64,000 bases of DNA from Trichinella spiralis. Lineage: Eukaryota. Made by a program: the position numbers and the translations under genes. The stretch is from positions 1,106,591-1,170,590 of the forward strand of contig NW_003526945.1 in the NCBI RefSeq assembly GCF_000181795.1, written 5' to 3'. The notes below the pieces were generated by a model. That model made no database searches, had not been told where the DNA came from, and worked only from the letters and a program-made list of their open reading frames with translations. Positions 62,727 through 64,000 of this stretch are shown piece by piece (position 1 is the stretch's first letter; each line of letters begins with the position of its first letter).

Positions 62727-64000
62727 ATGGATGAAGAACGTCTGAAGAAACTTGAATCTGCCAAAAAAAAGGTGATTTTATTGCAATACTTTTGTATAAT
62801 ATTCATTAACAAAGTTACTTCATGAATAAAAGTTTAAATATAAAGTATATTTAGTTTTATTTAACATTTAAGAGTTGTTTCACTTTTTACTTTCTTTAAT
62901 TTTTACAGATTCTGCATGGAAAATAATGTAGCATTACTTATATTCAACTTCCTTAATATGGTGGGTGACTCCATCCTTTTATCTGAATTTTCTTGGTAAT
63001 TTTTTGAAAATAATTTGACGTGAACTAAAGCTAAGATGTAATTTATTTTTATATTCTTTAATTTTATAATCTATAATTTAGCTTAACTTCTAGCTTTAAT
63101 CATTTATTTGTAATGTCAATGAGTTTTACTGGCTGGATTGAGTTGTTGTGGAAACCGCTGTAAGATTACTCACAAAATATTTTCATATTAGAATAAGCAA
63201 CGTTGTGCATCTGTTGTTTCTAATAAATTTTATGCTCAAATATGTCGGTGAATTGTTTTCTAGCTTTTATATTTTATTGTATATTATGCAGATTTTATTG
63301 CATTATTTTAATGGAATATTGCAATACGCAATATTAATGTGTCATTTATGTATAAAGAATGTTTGTCATTTATTTACTTTTTCATTGCTTATTTAACAGT
63401 GCATTACAGTAATCATTTTGTAATTAAAAATTAAGTTTGAATGTGTTGAAAAAGCTGAAATATTGAAGTATGTAACTTTTGCTTGTTTAATCGTGTAAAC
63501 TTATATATTTTAATGAATGTATTTTATTAGAATGAACTGTACATCATGTAATACTTGCATATCAGAACTGCTTTTTTCAGCTAAAAGAATTCCAATCAAA
63601 GAATCTACAAAAACCGATTGTCGATGCTGCCTCTTTTAACACTTTGATGCAGAAGAAAATTCAGCATAGTTTTACTGGAAATGTTAATCTAGAATCAATA
63701 GAAAATTCTAGTCTTTCACCAAGTTCCAACAACAGTGATGGCGGTGTATTTGCTTTGAATACAGGTCCACCTTCTGTTTTGGAAGTACGTTTTTATAAGT
63801 AATTTTTGTAGATTCAGTGTAAAATTATGACAAGCACATGGTTTTTATTTTAGAGTGAAATGAGCCACACAGCTACCGGAGCTGCAAATGATTTTGACAG
63901 CAATAAGCAAGAACGTGTCAATTCAAGTTTGCAGAAATTAAATCAACCAGATATGATTGCACCGAATTTGAATTTTTTTCAGTCTGATTTCACGAAGAAT
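62727..64000 (+). CDS. 5' part of a probable GM130/golgin-A2-like protein; exons 62727-62771, 63581-63784, 63854->64000
   Basis: The spliced N-terminus MDEERLKKLESAKKK|LKEFQSK resembles the GM130 N-terminus ([20 protein letters not shown]). Both introns are phase 0 GT-AG and the frame stays open to the window end. The ORF track does not show it. Confidence 0.65.

Overview
This is AT-rich eukaryotic genomic DNA with short (~60-80 nt) GT-AG introns and many microsatellites. The cuticular collagen and the vab-10-type spectraplakin mark it as nematode. Composition and intron size suggest a clade I Trichinella-like worm, which is an inference. About 37 kb (16.8-53.4 kb, minus strand) is one spectraplakin locus (vab-10). 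It has shared CH1-CH2/plakin/SH3 exons, then either a 7-kb plectin-repeat terminal exon (A isoform, with a ~290-aa EEEARRRA single-alpha-helix stretch) or spectrin-repeat/EF-hand/GAR exons (B isoform). A probable alternative first exon with a transmembrane segment lies between CH1 and CH2. Flanking genes, assembled by hand from splice sites, are a 7TM GPCR, a VAP/vpr-1 gene head-to-head with a sigma-1-receptor/ERG2-like gene, MIC10, an intronless STAR-type KH gene, a small orphan coiled-coil gene, a cuticle collagen, a 242-aa orphan and the 5' end of a GM130-like golgin. In the sigma-like protein both key acidic residues are replaced by Cys. No tRNA, rRNA, CRISPR array or intact transposon was seen. 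All homology calls come from motif recognition, not database searches.
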